From the IMG/VR virus record IMGVR_UViG_3300028833_000004: a stretch of 64,000 bases of DNA; one strand, 5' to 3'. This stretch comes from a virus. Shown piece by piece: positions 33,434-43,890 of the stretch (its first letter is position 1; each line of letters starts with the position of its first letter). The position numbers were made by a program, and so were the translations under genes. A model generated the notes under the pieces. That model saw nothing but the letters and a program-made list of their open reading frames with translations. It was not told the origin of the DNA and did not search any database.

Positions 33434-34473
33434 GTGAGAAGGATATTGAATCTTTAGTTAAACAATTTATTAATACTCCAAATATAATTGAGGATGGGGA
33501 TAAGTATTTCTTATCTAAATATTATAATAATTATATAATCTATATAGATAAAGAAACCCGTGATTATAAAATGTATACCCCTGCCGGAAGAATTTCTAGA
33601 AAGAGTTGTTATGCATTTATAGGTCCAGATTTAGAATCATATAATATAAGATATGTTAAATCTAAATATTTATTTACTAAATATTTTAAATTAGATGTAT
33701 CATTTAGATCTGTAGATAAAATCATTAGTAATTTAAACGATACTCAAATTAAGTTTATTACAGAACATAATCATTATAATTTTAATGGGGAATTGTTAGC
33801 ATTAATTAATTTTAAATCTGTTAATTTTAAAGATTTTTTGCGAATATTATATAATCGAGCTATCCTATATGCGTTCGATGATTTAACTAATGTATCAATT
33901 AAAGAATTATTAGAGGTTCCTGTATACTCTGATGTTGGTGTTTTTCGTGATTATCTTAGAATGAGAAAAGAACTTAATAAGATTCTTGATATTAAATTTA
34001 AAAAATATCCAGATCCGAGAGATCTTTTTCTTGAGCATGATATGATTCTAAAACGATTTAATAGTTACTCAAAAGAAATCATAGAAATGCAAAATAAAGA
34101 GTTGAATGAACAATATAATAATGTTCGCACCAAACTTCTAAAATATGAATATATTGAGGATGATTATTCAATTATTGTTCCAAATAGTTTGTCAGAAATA
34201 ACTAGAGAGGGAACGGAGTTATGTCACTGTGTTGGTTCTTATATAAATCAAATAGTTCAAGAAGATACTATTATTTTATTCTTAAGATATACTAAAGAGT
34301 TTGACAAACCTTTTTATACATTAAATCTTTCAAAGGATGGCTCAAAGATATTACAACTTCATGGAAAATATAATAGACTTTTGTATAAGGAATCTGATCA
34401 TGATTCAATATATGATTTTATGAGTCAGTGGTGTAATTTACATAATATAATTTGTACTAATTTTAATATTTAA
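33430..34473 (+). CDS. PcfJ-like protein
   Basis: The C-terminal region EGTELCHCVGSYINQIVQEDTIILFLR...PFYTLNL...LQLHGKYN resembles the PcfJ-like domain as I recall it. Confidence 0.5.
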   Translation: MSEKDIESLVKQFINTPNIIEDGDKYFLSKYYNNYIIYIDKETRDYKMYTPAGRISRKSCYAFIGPDLESYNIRYVKSKYLFTKYFKLDVSFRSVDKIISNLNDTQIKFITEHNHYNFNGELLALINFKSVNFKDFLRILYNRAILYAFDDLTNVSIKELLEVPVYSDVGVFRDYLRMRKELNKILDIKFKKYPDPRDLFLEHDMILKRFNSYSKEIIEMQNKELNEQYNNVRTKLLKYEYIEDDYSIIVPNSLSEITREGTELCHCVGSYINQIVQEDTIILFLRYTKEFDKPFYTLNLSKDGSKILQLHGKYNRLLYKESDHDSIYDFMSQWCNLHNIICTNFNI

Positions 34474-34477
34474 TTAT

Positions 34478-34996
34478 ATGAATTTACAGGATATTAAAAA
34501 TTTTAAAGCAAAGACCTCAAAAAAGGGTCCGGATTTTATGAAATTATTTTCATTAGTTAAATCAGGAGATATTGTTCCTATATTTGATGAAAAAGATAAT
34601 GTAGTTGGATTTTCTCATTTACCTAAATCTCCTATTAGAGGTATAAAAACTAAAATAATTAATAATGTTACATTTAGAGGAGATACTGAAGAACAACTAA
34701 ATGAGGATATGGAAAATTATGAATGGATGAAAACAGAATTTATAGATGTTTTCAGTCACGACGCAGTAATAAATGTTTTGAATTTATGCTTTAAATTAGT
34801 TAACGCAGATATAACTCCAGATACTATATTTCTTAATAAATTTGGAGCAGTATATTTCATTGTAGCTAAGGATCGAAAATTGTATGATGATAAGTATAAT
34901 GCAATATGTATGATAAATGACGATGAGATTGATACATCGACATCTAATAAAGTTATAATAAATATGCTATTACTTAAATTTGAAACCCTAGAATGA
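34478..34996 (+). CDS. hypothetical protein
   Basis: 172-aa ORF. Confidence 0.6.
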   Translation: MNLQDIKNFKAKTSKKGPDFMKLFSLVKSGDIVPIFDEKDNVVGFSHLPKSPIRGIKTKIINNVTFRGDTEEQLNEDMENYEWMKTEFIDVFSHDAVINVLNLCFKLVNADITPDTIFLNKFGAVYFIVAKDRKLYDDKYNAICMINDDEIDTSTSNKVIINMLLLKFETLE

Positions 34997-35391
34997 TTTC
35001 TGTTTATACTGATGGTGCCTATTCCTCTGATAGAAATATCGGAGGATGGGCATTTTATATACCTGAATGGAATATTAGAGTTGGCGGAAAAGCTGCTAAT
35101 ACAACCAATAATAGAATGGAATTAATGGCTGTTTTACAAGCTTTAAAATTTTTATCAGAATTAAATACCTTGGAACCCATTGTAATTTATTCTGATTCTA
35201 TGTATGTTATAGGAGGATTAAATTTAAGTTGGAGTAAAGCTAAAAATTCTGATTTATGGTCAGATATTTCATTTATCTTAGATTTAATGATAAATAATAT
35301 TACTTTTAAGCATGTAAAAGGACATGATTCTTGTAAAGAAAATTGCATTGTGGATAGTATAGCTGTTAAAATGACAAAATTATATGAATGA
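34993..35391 (+). CDS. ribonuclease HI
   Basis: Catalytic pattern present: VYTDGA, TNNRMELMA, IYSDSMYV and HVKGH...N. Confidence 0.8.
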   Translation: MISVYTDGAYSSDRNIGGWAFYIPEWNIRVGGKAANTTNNRMELMAVLQALKFLSELNTLEPIVIYSDSMYVIGGLNLSWSKAKNSDLWSDISFILDLMINNITFKHVKGHDSCKENCIVDSIAVKMTKLYE

Positions 35392-35531
35392 GAAATTAAT
35401 GAAAATGCTTATTGCGGCACAGATTATAGGTGCTCAGAGTTTGAAATCAGATAATTTAGATATTGATGATGAGATAGTAAATAAAAAATTTGAGTTGATT
35501 ACTAAATTAACTGATTTAATTTACGAAAAGT

Positions 35532-35756
35532 ATGCGTGAATTTAAAATAGAAGAAGCTAATAATTCACATATTGTAACAAGAGACGGAAAGTCTGTTAGA
35601 ATTATATGTACAGACCATTATCATAATAAATACGGTGGACCTATAATTGCCTTAGTAAAAGCTAAGGGATCTCGATATGAAGCTATAGTTCAGTATAATA
35701 GAAATGGTCAACAGGTAAACAGACTTCCTGAATATGATTTATTTATAGATGATTGA
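35532..35756 (+). CDS. hypothetical protein
   Basis: 74-aa ORF. Confidence 0.55.
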   Translation: MREFKIEEANNSHIVTRDGKSVRIICTDHYHNKYGGPIIALVKAKGSRYEAIVQYNRNGQQVNRLPEYDLFIDD

Positions 35757-36141
35757 TATTATTTTTAAGATTCTTATATCTATTTTATTAGGTGTTTTAA
35801 TTGGTTTAGAACGAGAATCGTCGGGAAAAGCTGTTGGAACTAGAACAGTTTCTTTAATTATTCTAGGAAGCGCTTTATTTTCATATATGTCCATTAATTT
35901 ACCTGGATGTGATTCTGCTAGAATTATTGCCCAAATTGTTTGTGGAGTGGGATTTTTAGGTGCTGGAGTATTGGTTAAGAATGGAAATAAAATAAGTGGA
36001 TTAACTACTGCTGCAACTATTTGGGCAAGTGCTTCTATAGGTTGTTTAGTTGGAATATCCTGGTATAAGGAAGCTATTATAGCAACAATTTCTGTGTGTA
36101 TTATAAATTTATTATTTAGTTATTTAAAATTTAAGTTATGA
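35749..36141 (+). CDS. mgtC: MgtC/SapB family membrane protein
   Basis: LGVLIGLERESSGKAVGTRTVSLIILGSALF plus further hydrophobic helices match the N-terminal pattern of the MgtC family. Confidence 0.7.
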   Translation: MIDIIFKILISILLGVLIGLERESSGKAVGTRTVSLIILGSALFSYMSINLPGCDSARIIAQIVCGVGFLGAGVLVKNGNKISGLTTAATIWASASIGCLVGISWYKEAIIATISVCIINLLFSYLKFKL

Positions 36142-36434
36142 TTACAAAAGAACATTTTGTTAATATATTATTGAATCATGTCAAATTTGAATTAGAGGTT
36201 CAAAAAATTGAAAAATTTTTTAATGTACAATTATTTGAAAGTAATCTATGTGATTCTGAAGCAAGATTATTTGACTCTACGATGGATTCAATTTTTACAG
36301 AAGATCAGAAGGATATTATATATGACACTATATATAGTATAAATTCTCCTTTTGATGATCCACAAACCCCCGAATCTAAATTAATTTCTTTAATAGAAGA
36401 TTTGTATGAAGAAATTTTTTCAGAAACTAAATAA
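36138..36434 (+). CDS. hypothetical protein
   Basis: 98-aa ORF. Confidence 0.55.
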   Translation: MITKEHFVNILLNHVKFELEVQKIEKFFNVQLFESNLCDSEARLFDSTMDSIFTEDQKDIIYDTIYSINSPFDDPQTPESKLISLIEDLYEEIFSETK

Positions 36435-37290
36435 GATTATTAAAAGTACTATTCTTTGTATAAAGTATCCATTTTTATATCCGAGAAATAGATTTGATGA
36501 TAAACATCACACCTATATTCTTAATAATCTGCTATACAAAATACGTAAGAAAGCAATCATGTCCTTTACGATTCAGAGGAAAGAGTTAACTGATAAAGAT
36601 ATTTGTTATAGCTTATATTATTTTGCTGAATATCAAATTTCATTACTAAAGGATTTAAATAAAATAGTTATTAAAGGCCCAATTGATATTAAAGAAGTAA
36701 ATCTTTCTGAATTTATGAATGTGAATGATTATATTATTAAGGGTTTAGATGTGCAATTTTTAATAATGGGTACTCCAATAATTAGACTTTATACGGTATC
36801 TAAAAATAATATTCATACTATAAATTCAAAACAGGTTGATTTAATCTTAAATAGGAAATATAAATTGTTATATAATTTATTAGATTGGTTTAACAATTTT
36901 TTAGATAAAATATTTATATTACCTATATATACGGAATGGGATGCTGTCCCAGAGGGCTGGAGGATTGCTTTTGGAGATCAATATTTGCGGGATTTAAAGA
37001 ATCAGCTAAAGAAAGATGGAATGCTTTATAGTTGGCGTATTCTCCAAATTAAGGAAAAGTTTGGAACACTCAGGTTATATTGCAATATGGGATCTGAAGA
37101 TTTATATAAGTTAATTGATAAATATGAAGATTTATCTTGGAATACATGTATAAATTGTGGTAAGCCTGCAACAAAAATTTCTAATGGATGGATAAGTCCC
37201 TATTGTGATGATTGTTTTCCAGAAACTTCTGAAATATATCAACAAAAAATTAAAAATAAATGGGAGGTAAATGATGATTTTTCATACTAA
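36406..37290 (+). CDS. hypothetical protein with C-terminal CxxC...CxxC zinc-ribbon-like motif
   Basis: CINCGKPATKISNGWISPYCDDC near the C-terminus. Confidence 0.6.
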   Translation: MKKFFQKLNKIIKSTILCIKYPFLYPRNRFDDKHHTYILNNLLYKIRKKAIMSFTIQRKELTDKDICYSLYYFAEYQISLLKDLNKIVIKGPIDIKEVNLSEFMNVNDYIIKGLDVQFLIMGTPIIRLYTVSKNNIHTINSKQVDLILNRKYKLLYNLLDWFNNFLDKIFILPIYTEWDAVPEGWRIAFGDQYLRDLKNQLKKDGMLYSWRILQIKEKFGTLRLYCNMGSEDLYKLIDKYEDLSWNTCINCGKPATKISNGWISPYCDDCFPETSEIYQQKIKNKWEVNDDFSY

Positions 37291-37762
37291 AGAAGATTTA
37301 TTTAATGGGATAAAAAATGGATCAGCTAGTTTAGATGATCTTCAAGAGTTTTTACGAAATTACCGGAATAACATTATGTCCCGCCCTGACATAAATTCGG
37401 AATTAATTAATCAGGTAATATATGGTTTTATTGATGACAAAAAACTTGTTGATGGAATGCCTTTAAGTAAGATTAATGATTATTTAATTGACATAGATCA
37501 TCCATTACTAGATCATACTGACTTCTATCAAAATCTTGATAAAATTGAGGAAAATGCACGAGATGTATGTCAATCGGCTTTAAATGAGTTCTATTCTGCG
37601 ATGGATTTAAACGAACCATTTGATGGTTGTCGAGTTAGTTCTGGGACATTTACAGCTCACGTTTATACTGAGGATAACCAATTAATTTTAGAATTAATCT
37701 TTACACCGAATATGACCTCTACAAGTATCGAATTAAATACAATTAAAGATGCCGAAAACTAA
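37271..37762 (+). CDS. hypothetical protein
   Basis: 163-aa ORF. Confidence 0.6.
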   Translation: MMIFHTKEDLFNGIKNGSASLDDLQEFLRNYRNNIMSRPDINSELINQVIYGFIDDKKLVDGMPLSKINDYLIDIDHPLLDHTDFYQNLDKIEENARDVCQSALNEFYSAMDLNEPFDGCRVSSGTFTAHVYTEDNQLILELIFTPNMTSTSIELNTIKDAEN

Positions 37763-37893
37763 AAAATTATTTGATTGGGAAGTTTTTGAAAATGGAGAAT
37801 TAATTGATATTATTTCTATGACCCGAAATACTTCTAAAGTATATAAAGAAAAATTTCCCAATAGAGAAATATTTGAAATAGGCTATACAAATA

Positions 37894-38184
37894 ATGAATG
37901 ATGAAACACTTCATGTAACATTAATCCAAAAACAAGAAGGAATTTATACTATATATGTATTTAAAAAAGATTCTGGTGAATATATTATGTGTACCAAACT
38001 GCCGAATTGGGGAGTTTATAATATTAATCCCGGAGATAGTGGATTTTTAACCGTTACTTATGCTATTGCTGGGCAAGAATATTATGAACGTTCCACAAAT
38101 CAAAAGAAGACATATAGATTTGATCAGATCTATTTTAAAGAGTTTGTTAAAGATTTAGATAATATTAAAGATATAATTTTATAG
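37894..38184 (+). CDS. hypothetical protein
   Basis: 96-aa ORF ending on TAG. Confidence 0.6.
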   Translation: MNDETLHVTLIQKQEGIYTIYVFKKDSGEYIMCTKLPNWGVYNINPGDSGFLTVTYAIAGQEYYERSTNQKKTYRFDQIYFKEFVKDLDNIKDIIL

Positions 38185-38217
38185 ATAATTATAAAGATAA
38201 TTTAAAATATAAAAACA

Positions 38218-39030
38218 GTGAGTTCTTTAGAAAATTATATTTGGAAGAAAGATAGATATGGAACTGAACAAGATGAGTGTCGTCTTATAGATATGTCCCA
38301 AGAAGAATTACAAAAAGCATATGATCATTGTAAACATATGTTATATAATTCTGACTCAAAAAATCCTGGTAGAATGGTTATTTTAGATAAAATAGATGAA
38401 CAAATTCGTGATTGCAATGCTGAATTAGCTTTACGATGGTTAAAATCTATTACTGATAGTGATGGAAAATTTATTAATTCTGATATTAGTATTTTAATTG
38501 ATTTAAGAGAATTATTGAAAAATAAATCCTTAAGCCTAAATACTAAGTATTCAGAAATTGCTGAAATTCCAACTGATTATAAAAATGTTACTATTGAACA
38601 ACTAATTAATCATGCGAGAGATATAAAGTATTTTGATTATTCCAAAATTACTTTAGCTTTTATTTATAGGCTGGGAATATATTTTACGCCTAAAGAGTTG
38701 GATGAAATGAATTATTTTACTGTTGGACATACTATTAATGAAAAATTTGATGTTCTTAAAGCTCAACTAGGCTTAGCTGATGACATAGTTTTACATTCTG
38801 ATCCTAATGGATTATCTGAAAATGAATTTAGGGATATGATTCATTTGAAGAAAATGAAGGGATATAATAGATGTAAATATTCAAAGCTAACTACTGGACA
38901 ATTAAAAACTCTTCAACAAAAGGTTTTATATGCTTTAGAAGAAGAGATAATTAAACAAATTAATGTTTGGAAAACGTTAATGGAACAAATTGAAGAAGTT
39001 GCAAATTTTAAACAATATATAATAAAATGA
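38218..39030 (+). CDS. hypothetical protein (GTG start in ORF track)
   Basis: 270-aa ORF. Confidence 0.6.
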   Translation: MSSLENYIWKKDRYGTEQDECRLIDMSQEELQKAYDHCKHMLYNSDSKNPGRMVILDKIDEQIRDCNAELALRWLKSITDSDGKFINSDISILIDLRELLKNKSLSLNTKYSEIAEIPTDYKNVTIEQLINHARDIKYFDYSKITLAFIYRLGIYFTPKELDEMNYFTVGHTINEKFDVLKAQLGLADDIVLHSDPNGLSENEFRDMIHLKKMKGYNRCKYSKLTTGQLKTLQQKVLYALEEEIIKQINVWKTLMEQIEEVANFKQYIIK

Positions 39031-39305
39031 TTACTTTTAAAGATGTTACAGATAAACTGACTAAAATATATGAGGAAAAAAATCACTTTTATGGAGATAG
39101 TTTTGAAAAAACTTATGCACAATTTGGATTAGTTTCAGCTGTTGTTAGAATAAATGATAAAGTTAATAGACTCAACTCTCTTACTGCACTTGGTGGAATA
39201 TCAATTCCTAGGGAGGAGTCTATTGATGATACCTTATTAGATCTAGCAAACTATGCAATACTAACTTATTTAATTAGAAATAAAAACAATGATTTACCTT
39301 GTTAG
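39027..39305 (+). CDS. DUF1599-like small protein
   Basis: KNHFYGDSF...VVRINDKVNRL...DTLLDLANYA resembles the DUF1599 pattern. This is from recollection only. Confidence 0.45.
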   Translation: MITFKDVTDKLTKIYEEKNHFYGDSFEKTYAQFGLVSAVVRINDKVNRLNSLTALGGISIPREESIDDTLLDLANYAILTYLIRNKNNDLPC

Positions 39306-41448
39306 TAAAGAACCGAAGTTATTTTCACCTGAAAATTATGAGATAATTTCAGTTGAAATGGCTTTAGAAATTTTGGAACCTATAAAAATCGTTGCGGCTG
39401 ATACTGAAACTGAAGGTCTAGATCCATATACTAAAAGATTATTATCCGTTCAATTAGGTGATAGTGAAAATCAAGTTGTAATAGATTGCACAACTATAGA
39501 TATTCAATTATTTAAAGAATACTTGGAGTCTGATAGAATTTTTATTTTCTGGAATGCTGCATTTGATTTAAAGTTCTTTTACCATCAAAGGATTGTAATT
39601 AAAAATGTATGGGATGGCTTTATAGCTGAAAAGCTATTATATCTTGGATATGGTGATCAACATGAATATAGTTTAAAAGCCGCAGGATATAATTATTTAG
39701 GAATAGAGCTAGATAAATCCGTTAGAGGTAAAATTATTACAGTGGGACTCACTGAAGAAGTTGTTATTTATGCTGCCAATGATATTAAATATGAATTGGA
39801 TATTCGTGAAAAACAACTAGAGGAGCTGAAAAAGAAGGGATTAATAAACGCTATAGATTTTGAAAATAAGTTTACACCTGTTTTAGCTTATATTGAATAT
39901 TGTGGTGTTAAGTTAGATGTTGACAAATGGAAAGAAAAGATGCGCCGTGATGAAGAGTCTCTACAAAAAGCTGAACAAGATTTAAATTCATTTGTTATAA
40001 ATTTCTACAAAGAGCACTCAAAATCTAAAGGCAAAGTTTGTATATCAAAACTCATTCAAACTATTTGGTTTGATAGAGATACTGAATTTTATGATTATAA
40101 CGATAAACCCCTCGAAGTTTCTAAAGTAAAACGAGCTGATGGATCTGGTATAGATATTATAGGTACTTTTGAATATAATTTTCCATATGTTTATAAGGAT
40201 CTCCAAGGTGATTTATTTTCCGGATTTAATACAGATTATCAATGTAATATTAATTGGAATAGTGGTAAACAAGTAATTCCTCTATTTAAATTATTGGGAA
40301 TTAATTGTGAAGTATTTGATCCGAAAACTAAGCAAACTAAAGAATCAATTGTTGAAAAAGTTTTAGCACCTCAGATTAAAGATTTTCCTATTCTTAAAAT
40401 ATATTTAGATTATAAAGGAGCACAAAAGTTAACTTCAACTTATGGGCAAAACTGGTTAGATGCTATCAATCCTGTTTCTGGAAGAATTCATGTAAATTTA
40501 TTTCAATTAGGAACAGATACTGGCAGATTAAGTTCTGGTGGTCTTCCTTATAAATTAAATATTCAAAATCTTCCAAAAGATGTTTTTACTAGATCTTGTT
40601 TTATTTCAGAACCTGGTAATAGTTGGATATCTAGTGATTATGAGGGCCAAGAGTCCGTATTAATGGCATCAATTGCAAATGATGAAGTTATGTTAGACTT
40701 ACTAAAATCTGGCAAAGATATGCATAGTTTCGTTGCCAAACTATCATGGCCTGAAATAATAGGAGATACTCCTTTGGAAGAGATTAAACCTAAATTTAAA
40801 GACATAAGACAAGATGCAAAAAGTGTTGAATTTGCTATTGCTTATGGTGGAAATGCTGTCACAATTTCCAAAAATAATGGAATTCCTATGGAGGAAGCCA
40901 CTAAAATCTATGAAAATTACATGAACGGATTTAAAGGTGTTGCGGCATATCAAGCTTTTAGAAGAAAGGATTTTAAGAATAAGGGATATATTTTAATTAA
41001 TTCATTAACTGGTCATAAAGTATTCTTTCCTGACTGGGATTATATTCAAACAGAATTAAATAAACGAAAATCTAAAGAGTTTTGGGAAGAGTATAGATTA
41101 GCAAAAGAAACCGGAGATAAAGATTTTTTAAAATCTTATAAAGAATTTAAAAAATTAATAGATGAGTTAGAAAAACAAAGTATTAATTATGTTATTCAGG
41201 GTAATGGTGCTTTATGTTTCAAATTATCATCTATAAAATTATTTAATTATTTAGTAAAAAATAATTTGTTATTTAAGGTTCTTTATTGTATACCAGTTCA
41301 TGATGAAATTAATATAGAATGTCCATCTGAAATTAGTGAAGAAATGTCTAAAGTACTATTAAAATGTATGGAAGATGGTGCTGAGCCTTTTTGTACAAAA
41401 CTTAAATTAACTGCCGATCCAGTTATTGGCGATCATTGGATTCATTAA
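39289..41448 (+). CDS. family A DNA polymerase with 3'-5' exonuclease domain
   Basis: Exo I DTETEGL, Exo II NAAFDLKF and Exo III YAANDIKY. Motif A SSDYEGQES, motif B RQDAKSVEFAIAYGG and motif C PVHDEI. Confidence 0.9.
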   Translation: MIYLVSKEPKLFSPENYEIISVEMALEILEPIKIVAADTETEGLDPYTKRLLSVQLGDSENQVVIDCTTIDIQLFKEYLESDRIFIFWNAAFDLKFFYHQRIVIKNVWDGFIAEKLLYLGYGDQHEYSLKAAGYNYLGIELDKSVRGKIITVGLTEEVVIYAANDIKYELDIREKQLEELKKKGLINAIDFENKFTPVLAYIEYCGVKLDVDKWKEKMRRDEESLQKAEQDLNSFVINFYKEHSKSKGKVCISKLIQTIWFDRDTEFYDYNDKPLEVSKVKRADGSGIDIIGTFEYNFPYVYKDLQGDLFSGFNTDYQCNINWNSGKQVIPLFKLLGINCEVFDPKTKQTKESIVEKVLAPQIKDFPILKIYLDYKGAQKLTSTYGQNWLDAINPVSGRIHVNLFQLGTDTGRLSSGGLPYKLNIQNLPKDVFTRSCFISEPGNSWISSDYEGQESVLMASIANDEVMLDLLKSGKDMHSFVAKLSWPEIIGDTPLEEIKPKFKDIRQDAKSVEFAIAYGGNAVTISKNNGIPMEEATKIYENYMNGFKGVAAYQAFRRKDFKNKGYILINSLTGHKVFFPDWDYIQTELNKRKSKEFWEEYRLAKETGDKDFLKSYKEFKKLIDELEKQSINYVIQGNGALCFKLSSIKLFNYLVKNNLLFKVLYCIPVHDEINIECPSEISEEMSKVLLKCMEDGAEPFCTKLKLTADPVIGDHWIH

Positions 41449-41449
41449 T

Positions 41450-42679
41450 ATGCAAACAGTTTCAAAAACTATAAAATATTTAATGGGAATTTCTCCCTAT
41501 TATGGTATATTCTGTGTTGGATTAAATAAAAGATTTGCAGATGAATATCCAACTCTTTGGGTATCTATGGATGGGATTAATTATAGCTTAAATATAAATA
41601 GAGAATATTGGAATTCTTTAACAAATAATCAAAGGATAGGTGGTATATGGCATGAGTTACTTCATATTGTTTTATTTCATCTTCCAGATTATCAACAATA
41701 TATAGCTAAGTTTCCTGATGCTAAATTATTAAATATAGCTATGGATTTATCTGTTGAATCTTATATTCCAGAAATTTATTGGGATGAACAAGCTACTGCA
41801 GAGATATTATTTAGACAATTTAAAACACTTCCAAAATGTCAAAGTGTTGAATATTATTGGAATTTTTTAAAATCTCTACAGCAGTTTGATTCTTCTAAAG
41901 TTCCTGATCCTGATGGTGAATATTCAGGTCAATTATCAGAATTCAGTCAGAAATCTCAAGAACAACAAGATTATATTAAGAGTATTATATCTTCTAATAA
42001 TTTACATCAATCTTGGAATGATATTTTATCAAGTGAGGAATGGGATAAAATCAAGGATTTAGTTAAAAACCAAGTAGAGTTTCAAATGAAAGAAACTGCT
42101 AAATCTTGTTCTAGAGGGATCTATCCATCTGAAATTGCTGATAAAATTAGAGAATTACTTTATCCAAAACCTCCAATATTTAACTGGAAAGCTTACTTTA
42201 GAAGGGTTTTGGGAATTTCTTTTGATATTTATAATAAAAAGACTAGAAGGAAAGAGTCTAAAAGATTCTCTGACAGTCCCGGATTAAAATTAAAGAAAAA
42301 ACATAAAATTTTAGTCGGTATAGATACTTCTGGAAGTGTTAATTCTGAAGAATTTTCAGAGTTCTTTAATGAAATTAAGCACATTTATAAAGCAGGTGCT
42401 GAAGTGTATATTATAGAATGTGATACTAAAATTTCTGCACAATATGCTTATAAAGGAAAAACCCCAGAAGTTGTTCATGGGCGTGGTGGAACTAGTTTCT
42501 TGCCTGTAGTGGATTTTTACAATAAATCTGATTATACTACCTGTGTGTATTTTACAGATGGGTATGGCGATCAAGATGAATGTACACCCACTAAACCTAT
42601 GATTTGGATAATAACTTCTAATGGAGCTCAAGGAGCAAAATATCCAGGAATGAAAATTTGTATACCTCAAAAAAAATAA
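41450..42679 (+). CDS. putative metallopeptidase (HExxH) fused to a VWA-like domain
   Basis: WHELLHIVLFH, plus the MIDAS-like sequence VGIDTSGSV. Architecture resembles DUF2201-type proteins that partner MoxR ATPases. Confidence 0.7.
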   Translation: MQTVSKTIKYLMGISPYYGIFCVGLNKRFADEYPTLWVSMDGINYSLNINREYWNSLTNNQRIGGIWHELLHIVLFHLPDYQQYIAKFPDAKLLNIAMDLSVESYIPEIYWDEQATAEILFRQFKTLPKCQSVEYYWNFLKSLQQFDSSKVPDPDGEYSGQLSEFSQKSQEQQDYIKSIISSNNLHQSWNDILSSEEWDKIKDLVKNQVEFQMKETAKSCSRGIYPSEIADKIRELLYPKPPIFNWKAYFRRVLGISFDIYNKKTRRKESKRFSDSPGLKLKKKHKILVGIDTSGSVNSEEFSEFFNEIKHIYKAGAEVYIIECDTKISAQYAYKGKTPEVVHGRGGTSFLPVVDFYNKSDYTTCVYFTDGYGDQDECTPTKPMIWIITSNGAQGAKYPGMKICIPQKK

Positions 42680-42684
42680 TTAAT

Positions 42685-43890
42685 ATGAATATAGAACAAG
42701 TAGAAAAAACATTAAATTATCTCTTAGATAATAATTTGAAATTAGTAGAACAAGGACTTGATAAGATCTCTGTTAATCTTTGTGGCAATGCTGGAATTGC
42801 TAAAACTAGTATAGTTAAACAATTAGCTGAAAAACGTAATGCTAAGTATGTAAGAATTAATTTAGCTGAATTAGAAGAAATTGGTGATTTAGTAGGAATT
42901 CCTCAAAAAGAGTATTTAATGGAAAAAGATGGAGATGAGCGTTGGGTGACTGAAAAAACTGTTCAACAATACTCTAGTATGGGATATACTCTATGTCCAC
43001 ATTGTTTGCCTCGCATGTCCTATGCTATTCCAGCATGGGTTCCAGATGGAGACGATGAAGTTGTTGTTTGTTTAGATGATTTTTTGAGAGGCTCTCCATT
43101 ATTTCAACAAGCAATTATGTCATTAATTCAATTTGGTGAATATATTTCGTGGAGATTACCTAAAAAAGCACAACTTATATTAACTTCAAACCCATCTGAT
43201 AATTATAATAATATGTCTGAACTTGATTCAGCTCAACAATCTAGAATGTTAACTTTAAATGTAGAATTTGATGTAAATTGTTGGGCTAAATGGGCTGAAG
43301 ATAAGCTAAGGGGTGAATTTATAAACTTTGCTTTATATTCTCCAGAAATTTTTGAGCGTAGTCACGTAATTAATTCAAGGTCATATACTTTATTTGCCAA
43401 TGCTTTATCTAGTATATCCGATTTATCCTCTATTGATGCTATGGAACTAGCACACTTACTTGCAATGGGTTCTTTTGGCGAAAATGGTGAATATGTTTCT
43501 GGTTTATATGTTCAATTTATTAATAATAAATTAGATAAACTTCCAAGTCCAAAAGAAATTCTTGAAGGTGATTATGAGCCACTTATTAAATCTTTAAAGG
43601 GTGCTTTATATACCTCAGGTGACTATCGTGCAGATATTGGAGGTTTGATTACAATTAGATTAATAAATTATATTGCAAATCATATTCCATCAGTTGAAGA
43701 TAAGGCTAAATATAAAAAACTTTCTGAAAGACTTCTAAAATTGATTTCTTATTCGGAAGATAATTACCCATTTTTATTGGCCGATGATTTAGTTACAAAA
43801 CTCATGCAAACCATTAATTCTATATATCCTAATGTAGGTAAAGAATTAATGAGTAATTCAATAATTAGAAAAAAGATTTCAATTATATGA
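42685..43890 (+). CDS. MoxR-like AAA+ ATPase
   Basis: Walker A is GNAGIAKTS and Walker B is VVCLDDF. It is adjacent to the VWA protein. Confidence 0.7.
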   Translation: MNIEQVEKTLNYLLDNNLKLVEQGLDKISVNLCGNAGIAKTSIVKQLAEKRNAKYVRINLAELEEIGDLVGIPQKEYLMEKDGDERWVTEKTVQQYSSMGYTLCPHCLPRMSYAIPAWVPDGDDEVVVCLDDFLRGSPLFQQAIMSLIQFGEYISWRLPKKAQLILTSNPSDNYNNMSELDSAQQSRMLTLNVEFDVNCWAKWAEDKLRGEFINFALYSPEIFERSHVINSRSYTLFANALSSISDLSSIDAMELAHLLAMGSFGENGEYVSGLYVQFINNKLDKLPSPKEILEGDYEPLIKSLKGALYTSGDYRADIGGLITIRLINYIANHIPSVEDKAKYKKLSERLLKLISYSEDNYPFLLADDLVTKLMQTINSIYPNVGKELMSNSIIRKKISII

